From contig JABZFP010000029.1 of NCBI GenBank assembly GCA_014237395.1, forward strand, positions 50,537 through 114,536: 64,000 bases of DNA, in the 5' to 3' direction. The stretch's first letter is position 1, and every line of letters begins with the position of its first letter. The position numbers and the translations under genes were made by a program. The stretch comes from Desulfobacteraceae bacterium. Its GTDB lineage: Bacteria > Desulfobacterota > Desulfobacteria > Desulfobacterales > UBA5852. This document shows positions 37,043 through 45,738 of this stretch, in pieces. The notes below the pieces were generated by a model. It was given only the letters and a program-made list of their open reading frames with translations. It did not search any database and was not told where the DNA came from.

Positions 37043-37166
37043 GACGACGTTGTGAACCGTTCAAGGTCAAGGCGTGCAAGCGCCAAGGAGTGAGGCGTAC
37101 ACCAGGTACGCCGCAGCGACGCGAAGCGCCGCACAACGCCGAGATTGGGCGGTTCACAACGTCGTC
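37043..37166. repeat. structured palindromic repeat, copy R4 (inside nqr operon)
   Basis: Perfect 17-bp arms GACGACGTTGTGAACCG (37043-37059) / CGGTTCACAACGTCGTC (37150-37166). Central hairpin GGCGTAC-accag-GTACGCC (37094-37112). Fills the nqrB-nqrC gap. Confidence 0.8.
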
Positions 37167-38349
37167 AGACATTGGACATCCTTCGCCGCATGCGCAGCTG
37201 CATCTCGATGTGATCCAGCAACGGGTTGAAAAGGTTCATGAAAAGAATCGCCAGACCCACCCCCTCGGGAAAAGCGGGGTTGAAGACCCGGATCAGAACG
37301 GTCAGCATGCCGCACATGAACCCGTATATCCATTTGACGTGCTTCATGTGAGTGGCCGAAACCGGATCGGTGGTCATATAAACAATGCCGAACGCCGATC
37401 CCCCCATGATCAGATGATAAAACGGATTGAGGGAAAGAAAAGGGGCGGAATCCGGCCCGGCGATGAGATTCAGGAGCGCACCGGTGCAGAGCACCCCTAA
37501 GACGCCCCCCAGGATAATGCGATAACTGGCAATGCCCAGCAGGATGAGGAACAGGCCGCCCAGGACACACAGGAGGGTCGACGTGCCGCCCACGCTGCCC
37601 GGATAAAGACCGCCAAAAAGCTTGAGGGCGCCGTAGCCCACCGAATGCAGGGTTTCTTCCACGGCCTGGCCGGCCGGGGTGGACGCGGAAACGGACAAGG
37701 GCGTTGCGGCCGTGAAGGTATCCACCACGGTGGTGCGCGCGCCGCTCAGGACGGTCCAGACCTGGTCACCGGAAAGACTGACCGGGTAGGCGAAATAAAG
37801 AAAGGCCCGGCCGGTCAGGGCCGGGTTCAAGAAGTTGCGCCCGGTGCCGCCAAAGACTTCCTTACCGATCACGATGCCGAAGGAAATCCCCAAGGCCACC
37901 TGCCACAGCGGGGTTCCGGGAGGCAGTGTCAATGGGAACAGCATGCAGGAAACGAAAAGCCCCTCGCTGATTTCGTGCTTGCGGACAACGGCAAACAGAA
38001 TTTCCCAGGCGAACCCCACCACGTAAGTTACGATCACCATGGGCAGCACGAGCCAGATACCGCTCCAGATCACCGGCAGCAAGTCGGTGGAGAGCCCCGA
38101 GGCAAGCCGCGACTGGAGGCCCGAATTATAGATGCCGAAACACAGGTGCGGAATCAGCGCCACGATCACCAGTGCCATGAAGCGCTTCACGTCCAGGCTG
38201 TCCCGTACGTGGGGAAGCCCCTCGGACCGCTCGACGGGCCCGAAAAAAACGGTTTCGATGGACTCGTAGAACGCATACAGCTTGTGATAGGGTCCCCCCT
38301 CCTCAAACCGGGGCCTCAGATGATGGAATAGGGTGCGGATCGCTTTCAT
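37165..38349 (-). CDS. nqrB: Na+-translocating NADH:quinone oxidoreductase subunit B
   Basis: 394-aa polytopic protein of the NqrB/RnfD family, with DTFTAATPLS at the flavinylation position. Its stop TGA (37167-37165) overlaps the right arm of repeat R4. Confidence 0.9.
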   Translation of the reverse strand: MKAIRTLFHHLRPRFEEGGPYHKLYAFYESIETVFFGPVERSEGLPHVRDSLDVKRFMALVIVALIPHLCFGIYNSGLQSRLASGLSTDLLPVIWSGIWLVLPMVIVTYVVGFAWEILFAVVRKHEISEGLFVSCMLFPLTLPPGTPLWQVALGISFGIVIGKEVFGGTGRNFLNPALTGRAFLYFAYPVSLSGDQVWTVLSGARTTVVDTFTAATPLSVSASTPAGQAVEETLHSVGYGALKLFGGLYPGSVGGTSTLLCVLGGLFLILLGIASYRIILGGVLGVLCTGALLNLIAGPDSAPFLSLNPFYHLIMGGSAFGIVYMTTDPVSATHMKHVKWIYGFMCGMLTVLIRVFNPAFPEGVGLAILFMNLFNPLLDHIEMQLRMRRRMSNV

Positions 38350-38352
38350 GGA

Positions 38353-39696
38353 TCAGGCCTGCTCTTTGCGGTGGGCATGTTTGGCCGCCTGCAGGGTGGC
38401 CGCAAGTTCGATCTTGGACGGGCAGACATAGGTGCACAGGCCGCACTCGACACAGTCCAGAAGACCTTGTGCCAGATATTCCTCCACCTCTTCCGCCAGA
38501 ATGCTCTTGAGGGTCATCTGGGGCCAGATATCCACCGGGCACACATCGGCGCAGTAGCCGCAGGCGATGCAAGCCCGGCGGCCGCCGTTCACATTGGTGG
38601 TCATCGGCAGGGGCGCCCGCCGCAAGGCGGACAGGAAGGTCCGCGAATAGGTGGGCTTGTTGGGGCCGGGGCGGAACAGCGTCAGGAAATCGACGTCACC
38701 CGGTTCCGGCAAGACGGCCAGCGCTGTTTCGTACAGCCCCATGTGGCCCTCCGGATCGCCGGTATAGCCGCGCAAAACGCCGCCCACCAGGTAGCGCGGA
38801 TCCCGGCAGCCAATCTCCCCTGCCAGGTCTTTGATCGGCGCCCCCATCCGCGATGCGACATAGCGCGGCGCGGCCGCCCCGGTGCCGGCAACCGCAAACA
38901 ACCGCGCGGTGGGGTACGCACCGCTTTGCAGCAGTTGCGCCATCAAAAGCAGATCCTGACCGTCGATGAACCAGGCCGTGTTCTCCTCCGGCGACCGGCG
39001 AACCTGGAAAAGCACCACCCCCGGATCGTCGGCCGGGTAACGCCCCTGCACCCTGTGGGTGATGAGTTCCTGGTGCGCTTCGCAAAAGGCCCGATCAGCG
39101 GCATCCGCATGCACATGGACGGTGGGAGACAAGCGTTTAAGGGCCCTGAGTCCCAGCTCGAAAAGCGCACGATTGTTTTCCAAATACCGCGCCGGCGGCA
39201 CCTGAAACGGTTCGCGATGGTCGAGGCTGACGAAAATGGCCGGGGGCACCTGCTCCGGATCCGCAATGTCGCGATACGGCAGGGCCCGCAGCAACGGCCA
39301 CACGCCGCCCGCCAGAAGGTGCGCCACCAGCTCCGCCCGGGGATACCGATCGATTGCGTCCCCGTCCAGAGGCCGGCCCAGGGATGTCACGGGTTCATTT
39401 TCGGCGTCGCGTCGGATGACGATTTCGCGCAAAACGCGCCGTGGTCCGTAATGAATGGCGTCGACCCGTCCACCCCCCGGTGAGAGAAATCGAAATCGCG
39501 GGTTGGTTTTATCGGTGAAAAGCAGATCACCGACAGCGACACGGTCGCCTTCCGCGACTGCCAGACGGGGCCGGACAAAAGGGATATGCTCGGGAAGCAC
39601 GGCCACCGTCGCCGGTAATGCGATCGTCTGCGACGTTTCCAGCGGTGCCCCCTGAATGGGGAGGTCATAGCCTTTGGCGGTTCGAACGGATATCAT
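38353..39696 (-). CDS. nqrA: Na+-translocating NADH:quinone oxidoreductase subunit A, with C-terminal 2x[4Fe-4S]-type Cys motifs
   Basis: 447 aa with an NqrA-type N-terminus (KGYDLPIQGAP...VRPRLAVAEGDRVAVGDLLFTDK). No RnfC GLGGAGFP flavin/NADH motif. The C-terminus has CIACGYCADVCP and CVECGLCTYVCP. Confidence 0.85.
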   Translation of the reverse strand: MISVRTAKGYDLPIQGAPLETSQTIALPATVAVLPEHIPFVRPRLAVAEGDRVAVGDLLFTDKTNPRFRFLSPGGGRVDAIHYGPRRVLREIVIRRDAENEPVTSLGRPLDGDAIDRYPRAELVAHLLAGGVWPLLRALPYRDIADPEQVPPAIFVSLDHREPFQVPPARYLENNRALFELGLRALKRLSPTVHVHADAADRAFCEAHQELITHRVQGRYPADDPGVVLFQVRRSPEENTAWFIDGQDLLLMAQLLQSGAYPTARLFAVAGTGAAAPRYVASRMGAPIKDLAGEIGCRDPRYLVGGVLRGYTGDPEGHMGLYETALAVLPEPGDVDFLTLFRPGPNKPTYSRTFLSALRRAPLPMTTNVNGGRRACIACGYCADVCPVDIWPQMTLKSILAEEVEEYLAQGLLDCVECGLCTYVCPSKIELAATLQAAKHAHRKEQA

Positions 39697-39992
39697 TAGG
39701 CTCAGGATTCAGTAAGGAAGGTTGGTCGTATGGATCACATTCCGACAACAATGTCGATTTCCCTACCATCTTTACGGGGGCTTTTCAACTATCGCCTGTG
39801 ACATCCCAAAATCAATCCGCCGCGCTATACCGGCGGGTCCCGGGACCCCTTTACCGGCAGCGTCCGGCCTTGCGCCGGAAGGAAATTCATGCTTGACTTT
39901 TCCCGTCACAAATCCCATTGTTATAGGCAATATATCAAAGATATTCGGTAAGATGCCGATAGCATCGCATCTGCCAGATACAGGAGGGGAAG

Positions 39993-40208
39993 ATGAGCGA
40001 AATCGAAAAACGCCAGGTCTGCAAATGTGAAAACTGCGGCAACGAAGCTGAAATGGTGGTGACTTGCACCCTCCCGGATGCGCCGGGAAGCACTCCGCCG
40101 GCAGCCCCTGTTGAAAAAGATGCGGCCGAAACGCACCCGCATAAGATCAAGGGACATGCCACATGCACCCATTGCGGCAATGAAGCCGATATGTGGGTTG
40201 ACTATTAA
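39993..40208 (+). CDS. small Cys-rich protein with internally duplicated CxxCGNEAxM motif
   Basis: 71 aa with RBS caggagggg 6 nt upstream. CENCGNEAEMVV and CTHCGNEADMWV flank a Pro/Ala linker. Confidence 0.55.
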   Translation: MSEIEKRQVCKCENCGNEAEMVVTCTLPDAPGSTPPAAPVEKDAAETHPHKIKGHATCTHCGNEADMWVDY

Positions 40209-40267
40209 CAGGCGCGCTGCCGCCCATCCTTTCGAGAACCCTGCAGCCCTCAAGGGAGAAAACGATC

Positions 40268-41446
40268 ATGGAAGAATGCACCCCAACGGTCAACACCGGA
40301 TTGCGCGGCGTTACGGTGGCGAGCACAAAAATCAGCCATGTGGATGGCGCTGCCGGCAAACTCATTTACCGGGGCTACCTGGTCAAAGATCTGGCCGAAA
40401 GCACCTCCTATGAGGAAGTCGCGCACCTGCTGCTTTATGAGCATCTGCCAAACGCTGAAGAACTGAAGGCGTTCAAGGACTTCCTGGCGCAAAACCGCGC
40501 CTTGCCGGAATCGATCATCACTATTCTCAAAAGCTGCGCCCGCAATGCCAACCCCATGGACATCCTGCAGGGTATCGTATCCTTGATGGCCAGCGACGAC
40601 CCCGACCTGGACGACCGCAACCGTGAGGCCAGCATTCGCAAGGCCAGCCGCCTGATCGCCAAGTTCCCGACCATCATGGCCGCCTGGGATCGCATCCGCA
40701 ACGACAAAGCCCCGGTGGCGCCCAACCCGGAACTCAGCCATGCCGCCAATTTTCTGTACATGCTGAACGGGGAAAAACCGGACGAGGAATTGGCCCGTTT
40801 TTTCGATACTGGACTGGTGCTGCATGCCGAGCACTCGTTTAACGCCTCGACTTTTTCCGCCCGTCAGGTCGCCTCAACGCGGGCCCATATGTACAGTGCC
40901 GTTGCCGCGGCGGTCGGATCCCTGTCCGGCGAACTGCATGGCGGCGCCAATGTGCGCGTCATGGAAATGCTGCTCAAAATCGGCGCTGTGGAAAATGTCG
41001 AGGCCTATGTCCATAGCGAGCTTGAGGCCGGGCGGCTCATTTTCGGACTGGGACATGCCGTCTACCAGACGGACGACCCCCGGGCCCATATTCTGGCGCC
41101 CATGTCCAAAAAAATGGGCGAACGCATCGGCCAACCGCAATGGTATGAAATCTCCCGCGTGCTGGAAAAGCAGGGCAAAGCCATTTTCAAGAAAAGAAAA
41201 GGCATCGACATTTACGTCAATGTGGATTTTTACAGTGCTTCGCTGTACTACGCGATGGGGATTCCGATCGATCTCTTCTCACCCCTTTTCGCCCTGTCGC
41301 GCGTGGCCGGCTGGGCCGCCCACGTCATCGAGGAACAATATGCCGACGCGGCCCCTAAACCGGCCCTGTACCGCCCCAAATCCAGCTACATTGGCGACTA
41401 CTGCGGCCCCGATGAATGCAGCTTCGTTCCCATGGACGAGCGTTGA
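40268..41446 (+). CDS. gltA: citrate synthase (citrate/2-methylcitrate synthase family)
   Basis: 392 aa with GLRGV...S.I..VDG..G.L.YRGY, HAEH and GHAVY catalytic blocks. Confidence 0.9.
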   Translation: MEECTPTVNTGLRGVTVASTKISHVDGAAGKLIYRGYLVKDLAESTSYEEVAHLLLYEHLPNAEELKAFKDFLAQNRALPESIITILKSCARNANPMDILQGIVSLMASDDPDLDDRNREASIRKASRLIAKFPTIMAAWDRIRNDKAPVAPNPELSHAANFLYMLNGEKPDEELARFFDTGLVLHAEHSFNASTFSARQVASTRAHMYSAVAAAVGSLSGELHGGANVRVMEMLLKIGAVENVEAYVHSELEAGRLIFGLGHAVYQTDDPRAHILAPMSKKMGERIGQPQWYEISRVLEKQGKAIFKKRKGIDIYVNVDFYSASLYYAMGIPIDLFSPLFALSRVAGWAAHVIEEQYADAAPKPALYRPKSSYIGDYCGPDECSFVPMDER

Positions 41447-41508
41447 ACGCCCGCGCCTTCGGCAGCGGACCGGCAGGACGACGCATCAACAGGAGGGAAG
41501 AAGAGCTT

Positions 41509-41919
41509 TTGCTGAAAGAACGCAACCTACGCATGACCCGCCAGCGCCAGGTGATTCTTGAAGAATTACGCGCCACGGACCAGCACCCCAGCGCCGATGC
41601 CCTTCACGAACGGGTCAAAAAAAAGCTGCCCCGGATCAGTCTGGGAACCGTCTATCGCAATCTGGAGATTTTGACCGAACTGGGCGAGATCCGGACCATC
41701 GCGCTGGCGGGGAGTTTGAAACGGTTTGACGGCATTCCGCAAAACCACTACCACATGCGCTGCATGCGCTGTGACCGTCTGGTCGACGCGCCCATGGACG
41801 TCGTCGATTCGCTTGAACGCGTATTGCAGGAAAAAACCGAATTCCGCATTTTGAGCCACCAACTGGAGTTCACCGGAATCTGTCCGGACTGCCAGGCCCT
41901 CCTGGACGACAACGCCTAA
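41509..41919 (+). CDS. Fur-family transcriptional regulator
   Basis: LKERNLRMTRQRQVILEEL...HPSADALH, GTVYRNLE, HYHMRCMRCDR and CPDC. I prefer TTG 41509 (RBS aggagg 41491) over the ORF-track start 41416, which overlaps gltA. Confidence 0.8.
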   Translation: MLKERNLRMTRQRQVILEELRATDQHPSADALHERVKKKLPRISLGTVYRNLEILTELGEIRTIALAGSLKRFDGIPQNHYHMRCMRCDRLVDAPMDVVDSLERVLQEKTEFRILSHQLEFTGICPDCQALLDDNA

Positions 41920-42168
41920 GTCCGCCGGCCGCATCCTGGCCGGCGCAATTGCCGGTTCACACGCATACGGATCTCCCAACAGGCCGGCGTGCCGCCCCGT
42001 GGGAGTGCTGCCAGGGATTGCGCACCCGATTTCCATGTTTACGATTAAGACGGGACAGCGGCGGGAGGTGTGACCATACCTGCCGGATGACATGACAAGG
42101 ACGGCGTGCGGGAGCCTGTGAGCCGCTGCCGGACATCACCGACACCCTATCGATGGACTGAACACGCC

Positions 42169-43074
42169 ATGCATATTCTGATCACCGGCGGCACCGGATT
42201 CGTTGGACGACCACTCACCCGCTATTTGCTGGACCGGGGGCACACGGTCACGACGGTGGGGCGATCCGCGACACACCCCTGCGACGGGCAGGCCGGCTTT
42301 CACCATCTTTCCGCCGACACCACCCGGGAGGGCGATTGGCAGAAAGCCGCAGCGCACTGTCAGGCGGTGATCAATCTGGCCGGGACGACGATTTTCCGGC
42401 GCTGGAGCACCGCCGCCAAACAAGATATCCGCGACAGCCGGATTCTGACCACCCGCCATCTTGTCCAGGCCATTGCCGCCGACCAGGGCGCCTTTTTGTT
42501 CAGTGCGTCGGGAGTCGGCTTTTATGGCGATGGGGGTGACCAGGCCCTCACGGAAGACACCGCCGCGGGGGAAGATTTTCTGGCGCGTCTTTCCATCGAC
42601 TGGGAAAAGGAAGCCCTGCAGGCTGAAGCGCGCGGGGTCCGGGTGGCCATCGGACGGTTCGGCGTCATTCTCCACCAGACAGGGGGCGCTCTATCGAAGA
42701 TGTTGCCGGCCTTCCGGATGGGTGTCGGCGGACCGTTGGGGAATGGCCGCCAGTGGTTTCCCTGGATTCACCTTGACGATCTGATGGCGGCCATCGAATT
42801 TCTGATCGGCGACACCAAGGCCCGGGGCCCGTTTAATTTCAGCGCACCGGAGCCCGTCACCAACCGCCAACTGGCCCGCACGCTTGGACGCCGCCTGGGG
42901 CGGCCGTCGTTTTTCCCGGCGCCCGCCCCCCTTATGCGCCTCATGCTGGGCGAGTTCAGCGAGGTCCTGTTGGGCAGCCAACGAACCCTGCCGCAGCGCT
43001 TGCAAAACCACGGCTTTGTCTTTCGCTACCCCACGATCGACACCGCCTTGAAGGCCATCATCGATGCCCGTTAA
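42169..43074 (+). CDS. TIGR01777/YfcH-type NAD-dependent epimerase-family protein (DUF1731 C-term)
   Basis: MHILITGGTGFVGRPL..., then GNGRQWFPWIHLDD...LGSQRTLPQRLQNHGFVFRYP. Confidence 0.85.
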   Translation: MHILITGGTGFVGRPLTRYLLDRGHTVTTVGRSATHPCDGQAGFHHLSADTTREGDWQKAAAHCQAVINLAGTTIFRRWSTAAKQDIRDSRILTTRHLVQAIAADQGAFLFSASGVGFYGDGGDQALTEDTAAGEDFLARLSIDWEKEALQAEARGVRVAIGRFGVILHQTGGALSKMLPAFRMGVGGPLGNGRQWFPWIHLDDLMAAIEFLIGDTKARGPFNFSAPEPVTNRQLARTLGRRLGRPSFFPAPAPLMRLMLGEFSEVLLGSQRTLPQRLQNHGFVFRYPTIDTALKAIIDAR

Positions 43075-43125
43075 GCCGCCTGGTATGATGGCCCCACAAA
43101 CCCCATACGCCTATGGAGGAACCGA

Positions 43126-43665
43126 TTGACGACCCTATCTGATCTTGAAACCACGGCCCGGGACTTCCTTTTGGAACTGCATCGATCCACCGAGGGCAAA
43201 CCCGACGCCCAGGTATCCATGTATACGATCGGTGAAGCCTTCGGGCTGGACCGTGACGCCAGCACCGCCGTCGCGGAGGACTTGATGGCGCAAGGCCTGG
43301 TGGAAATCAGGACGCTGGCCGGCGCTATTGGGTTGAGCGACCAGGGGGCCGACCTGATGGCGGACGGCCAAGATAGTGGCGGCGGCGACGGCCTGCGGTT
43401 GGGAACCACATCACCGTTAACTGCATCACAGTGCGAAGGGGTGGACGCCATCCTGACGCAGCTTAAATCGGAACTGGGCCAGAGCGGCCTGGCGTTCGAG
43501 GCCCTGTCCGAAATGATCGCCGATATTCGCACCATCGAAACCCAGATGACCAGCCCGAACCCCAAGACCATTATCGTCCGGGAATGTTTTACGTCGATGC
43601 TGCAGACGGCCACCGCCAACCGGCAAACGGAATGGCAGCGTCTCGTGGAAGGATTGTTAGGTTAG
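43126..43665 (+). CDS. hypothetical protein
   Basis: 179-aa ORF with ordinary composition. No recognisable motif. Confidence 0.5.
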   Translation: MTTLSDLETTARDFLLELHRSTEGKPDAQVSMYTIGEAFGLDRDASTAVAEDLMAQGLVEIRTLAGAIGLSDQGADLMADGQDSGGGDGLRLGTTSPLTASQCEGVDAILTQLKSELGQSGLAFEALSEMIADIRTIETQMTSPNPKTIIVRECFTSMLQTATANRQTEWQRLVEGLLG

Positions 43666-43693
43666 AATGGCCTGCGGCGGTCAAGGCACCTGG

Positions 43694-44095
43694 TCAGGCG
43701 CAATGTGCGGTGATCAGGCTCAATTCGCTGGGGATGGCGGCCCGCCAGGCCACCTGGTAGAAGACATCGCGTCCCAGACGGGCCACTGGTCGAAACACCG
43801 CCACGCGGAACCGCTCCTTGATTTCCGGGCGATCCTCGACCCACACCACCCGGTTCAAGTCAAGCGCGAAGTCTTCGCAGATCTGTTTGGCCAGGTCCGG
43901 CAGACAGTTGGTCACCGAAGCACCTTCGCCCGTATCGGCAAACAGCACGACATGCGGCTTGAGGAAAACAATTCCCGGGGTATTGCGGGAGACATCCACG
44001 ATGCGCAGCCGGTAGGAGCTTCGCCACCAGCTGATGGGGCGTTTTTTGGCGGTGCTTTTCCCTTTCCAGCTGTACTCACCGTCATAAATGATCAA
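43694..44095 (-). CDS. hypothetical protein
   Basis: 133-aa ORF with protein-like composition. No recognisable motif. Confidence 0.5.
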   Translation of the reverse strand: MIIYDGEYSWKGKSTAKKRPISWWRSSYRLRIVDVSRNTPGIVFLKPHVVLFADTGEGASVTNCLPDLAKQICEDFALDLNRVVWVEDRPEIKERFRVAVFRPVARLGRDVFYQVAWRAAIPSELSLITAHCA

Positions 44096-44241
44096 AACGA
44101 TACGCTCCTTGCCAATCAGGGCCTGAACGGCGTCGGTGAAGAAACAACGACATGGTCTAATGAGGCAAGATTGTCACCCGGCCGGCCGTTGTCAAACCGT
44201 CGCCCCCATGGTAAGGAGGCCTCCGGCTTGCCCTGCCCCGC

Positions 44242-45060
44242 ATGCCCGGAATCTCCGAAAAAAGGAACACACGCCCATTGAAACTGATATCATGGAATGT
44301 CAACGGCCTGCGCGCCGTCATGCAAAAAGACTTTGAGACCTCGCTGCGCACCCTCGACGCGGACATTGTGGCAATCCAGGAAACCAAACTCCAGGCGCAT
44401 CAGCTGACCCCCGCCATGACGGATCTGGCGGACTACACGTCCTACTGGTCCCATGCCACGACCAAAAAAGGATACAGCGGGGTGGGGGTTTATACCCGTG
44501 TTAAGCCAAAGCATGTAAGCTACGGCATCGGTCAGCCCCGGTTCGATGACGAAGGCCGCATCCTGGAACTGGATTTCGGCACCTTCGTCTTTTTCAACGT
44601 TTATTTCCCCAATGGCCAGATGAGCCCCGAGCGCCTGCAGTACAAGCTGGATTTTTACGAGGCCTTCTTCGCGTACACCGATCGGTACAAGAACGAAGGG
44701 CGGCGGGTGGTGATCACCGGTGACTACAACACCGCCCACAACGAAATCGATCTTAAAAACCCCCAGGCCAATGCCAAGACTTCCGGTTTTCTCCGAATTG
44801 AGCGGGACTGGCTGGACCGTATTACGGCCTCAGGCTATGTGGACACCTTTCGCCACTGTCATCCCGACACCGTGAAATATTCGTGGTGGACGTATCGTTA
44901 CAAAGCCCGGGACCGCAATGCCGGGTGGCGGATCGATTATTTTTTTACCACCCGCAACCTCATCGAAAAGGGGGAGGTGGTCGAGGCCTTTATCGACAAC
45001 GACATCTTCGGTTCCGACCACTGCCCGGTAGGGCTGCAACTGGCCATCGCTGAAGCATAG
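44242..45060 (+). CDS. xth: exodeoxyribonuclease III
   Basis: KLISWNVNGLRA...QETK...SDHCPV. A TTG at 44278 would give the canonical MKLISWNVNG N-terminus. Confidence 0.92.
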   Translation: MPGISEKRNTRPLKLISWNVNGLRAVMQKDFETSLRTLDADIVAIQETKLQAHQLTPAMTDLADYTSYWSHATTKKGYSGVGVYTRVKPKHVSYGIGQPRFDDEGRILELDFGTFVFFNVYFPNGQMSPERLQYKLDFYEAFFAYTDRYKNEGRRVVITGDYNTAHNEIDLKNPQANAKTSGFLRIERDWLDRITASGYVDTFRHCHPDTVKYSWWTYRYKARDRNAGWRIDYFFTTRNLIEKGEVVEAFIDNDIFGSDHCPVGLQLAIAEA

Positions 45061-45075
45061 CCGGAAGAAAGGGTT

Positions 45076-45669
45076 ATGGCACAGATCACCGCTATCTATG
45101 GCAGTCCGCGGCGACAAGGCAACACGAGCCGCCTTCTCGGACAGGCCGTCGCCGGCGCCCGAGATCAGGGGGCCACCGTCACCGAAATTATTCTGCGGGA
45201 TCTCAGGATATCCCCCTGCTTGGAAATCTACGGCTGCACGGCAGACGGCAACTGCGTCATCAAAGACGATTTCAAACAAGTCCGTGAAAGCCTCTTGGCG
45301 TCCAACGGCATCATGCTGGCCTCACCCATTTTTTTCTACACGGTCAGTGCCCACACCAAAATTTTTATGGATCGATGCCAGTCCCTGTGGGTCAAAAAAT
45401 ACTGGATTGAAAACCTGGCCTTCGGTCAGTGGATATCGACGCGCAAGGGACTGTTCATTTCAGCCGGCGCCACCAAGGGGAAAAAACTTTTCGAAGGCGC
45501 CCTGCTGACGGTCCGCTATTTTTTTGATGTTATCGATACCCATCTTTGGAAATCACTCCTATACCGCGGTCTGGACTTTGAAGACGATGTTCTCGAGCAC
45601 CCGGACTACCTCCAGGAGGCATACAATGCCGGACAATCGTTAGTGATGGCACTTGACAGGGAGCGCTGA
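45076..45669 (+). CDS. flavodoxin-family / iron-sulfur flavoprotein-like NAD(P)H-dependent FMN reductase
   Basis: ITAIYGSPRRQGNTSRLL...PCLEIYGCTADGNCVIKDD...ASPIFFYTVSA. Confidence 0.8.
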   Translation: MAQITAIYGSPRRQGNTSRLLGQAVAGARDQGATVTEIILRDLRISPCLEIYGCTADGNCVIKDDFKQVRESLLASNGIMLASPIFFYTVSAHTKIFMDRCQSLWVKKYWIENLAFGQWISTRKGLFISAGATKGKKLFEGALLTVRYFFDVIDTHLWKSLLYRGLDFEDDVLEHPDYLQEAYNAGQSLVMALDRER

Positions 45670-45738
45670 AACCCCAACCTTGCATGCGGTGTCGATCCGT
45701 ACCGCGAAAACCATGCGCTTGAAGAAAGGACAATTCTA

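Noticed and set aside
37043-37166. The structured repeats read as integron attC sites (imperfect palindromes abutting ORF stops).
   Set aside because: There are no R''/R' core sites (RYYYAAC / GTTRRRY) at the ends, no intI, and no cassette-like array. In addition, the conserved centre with variable ends is the opposite of attC organisation.
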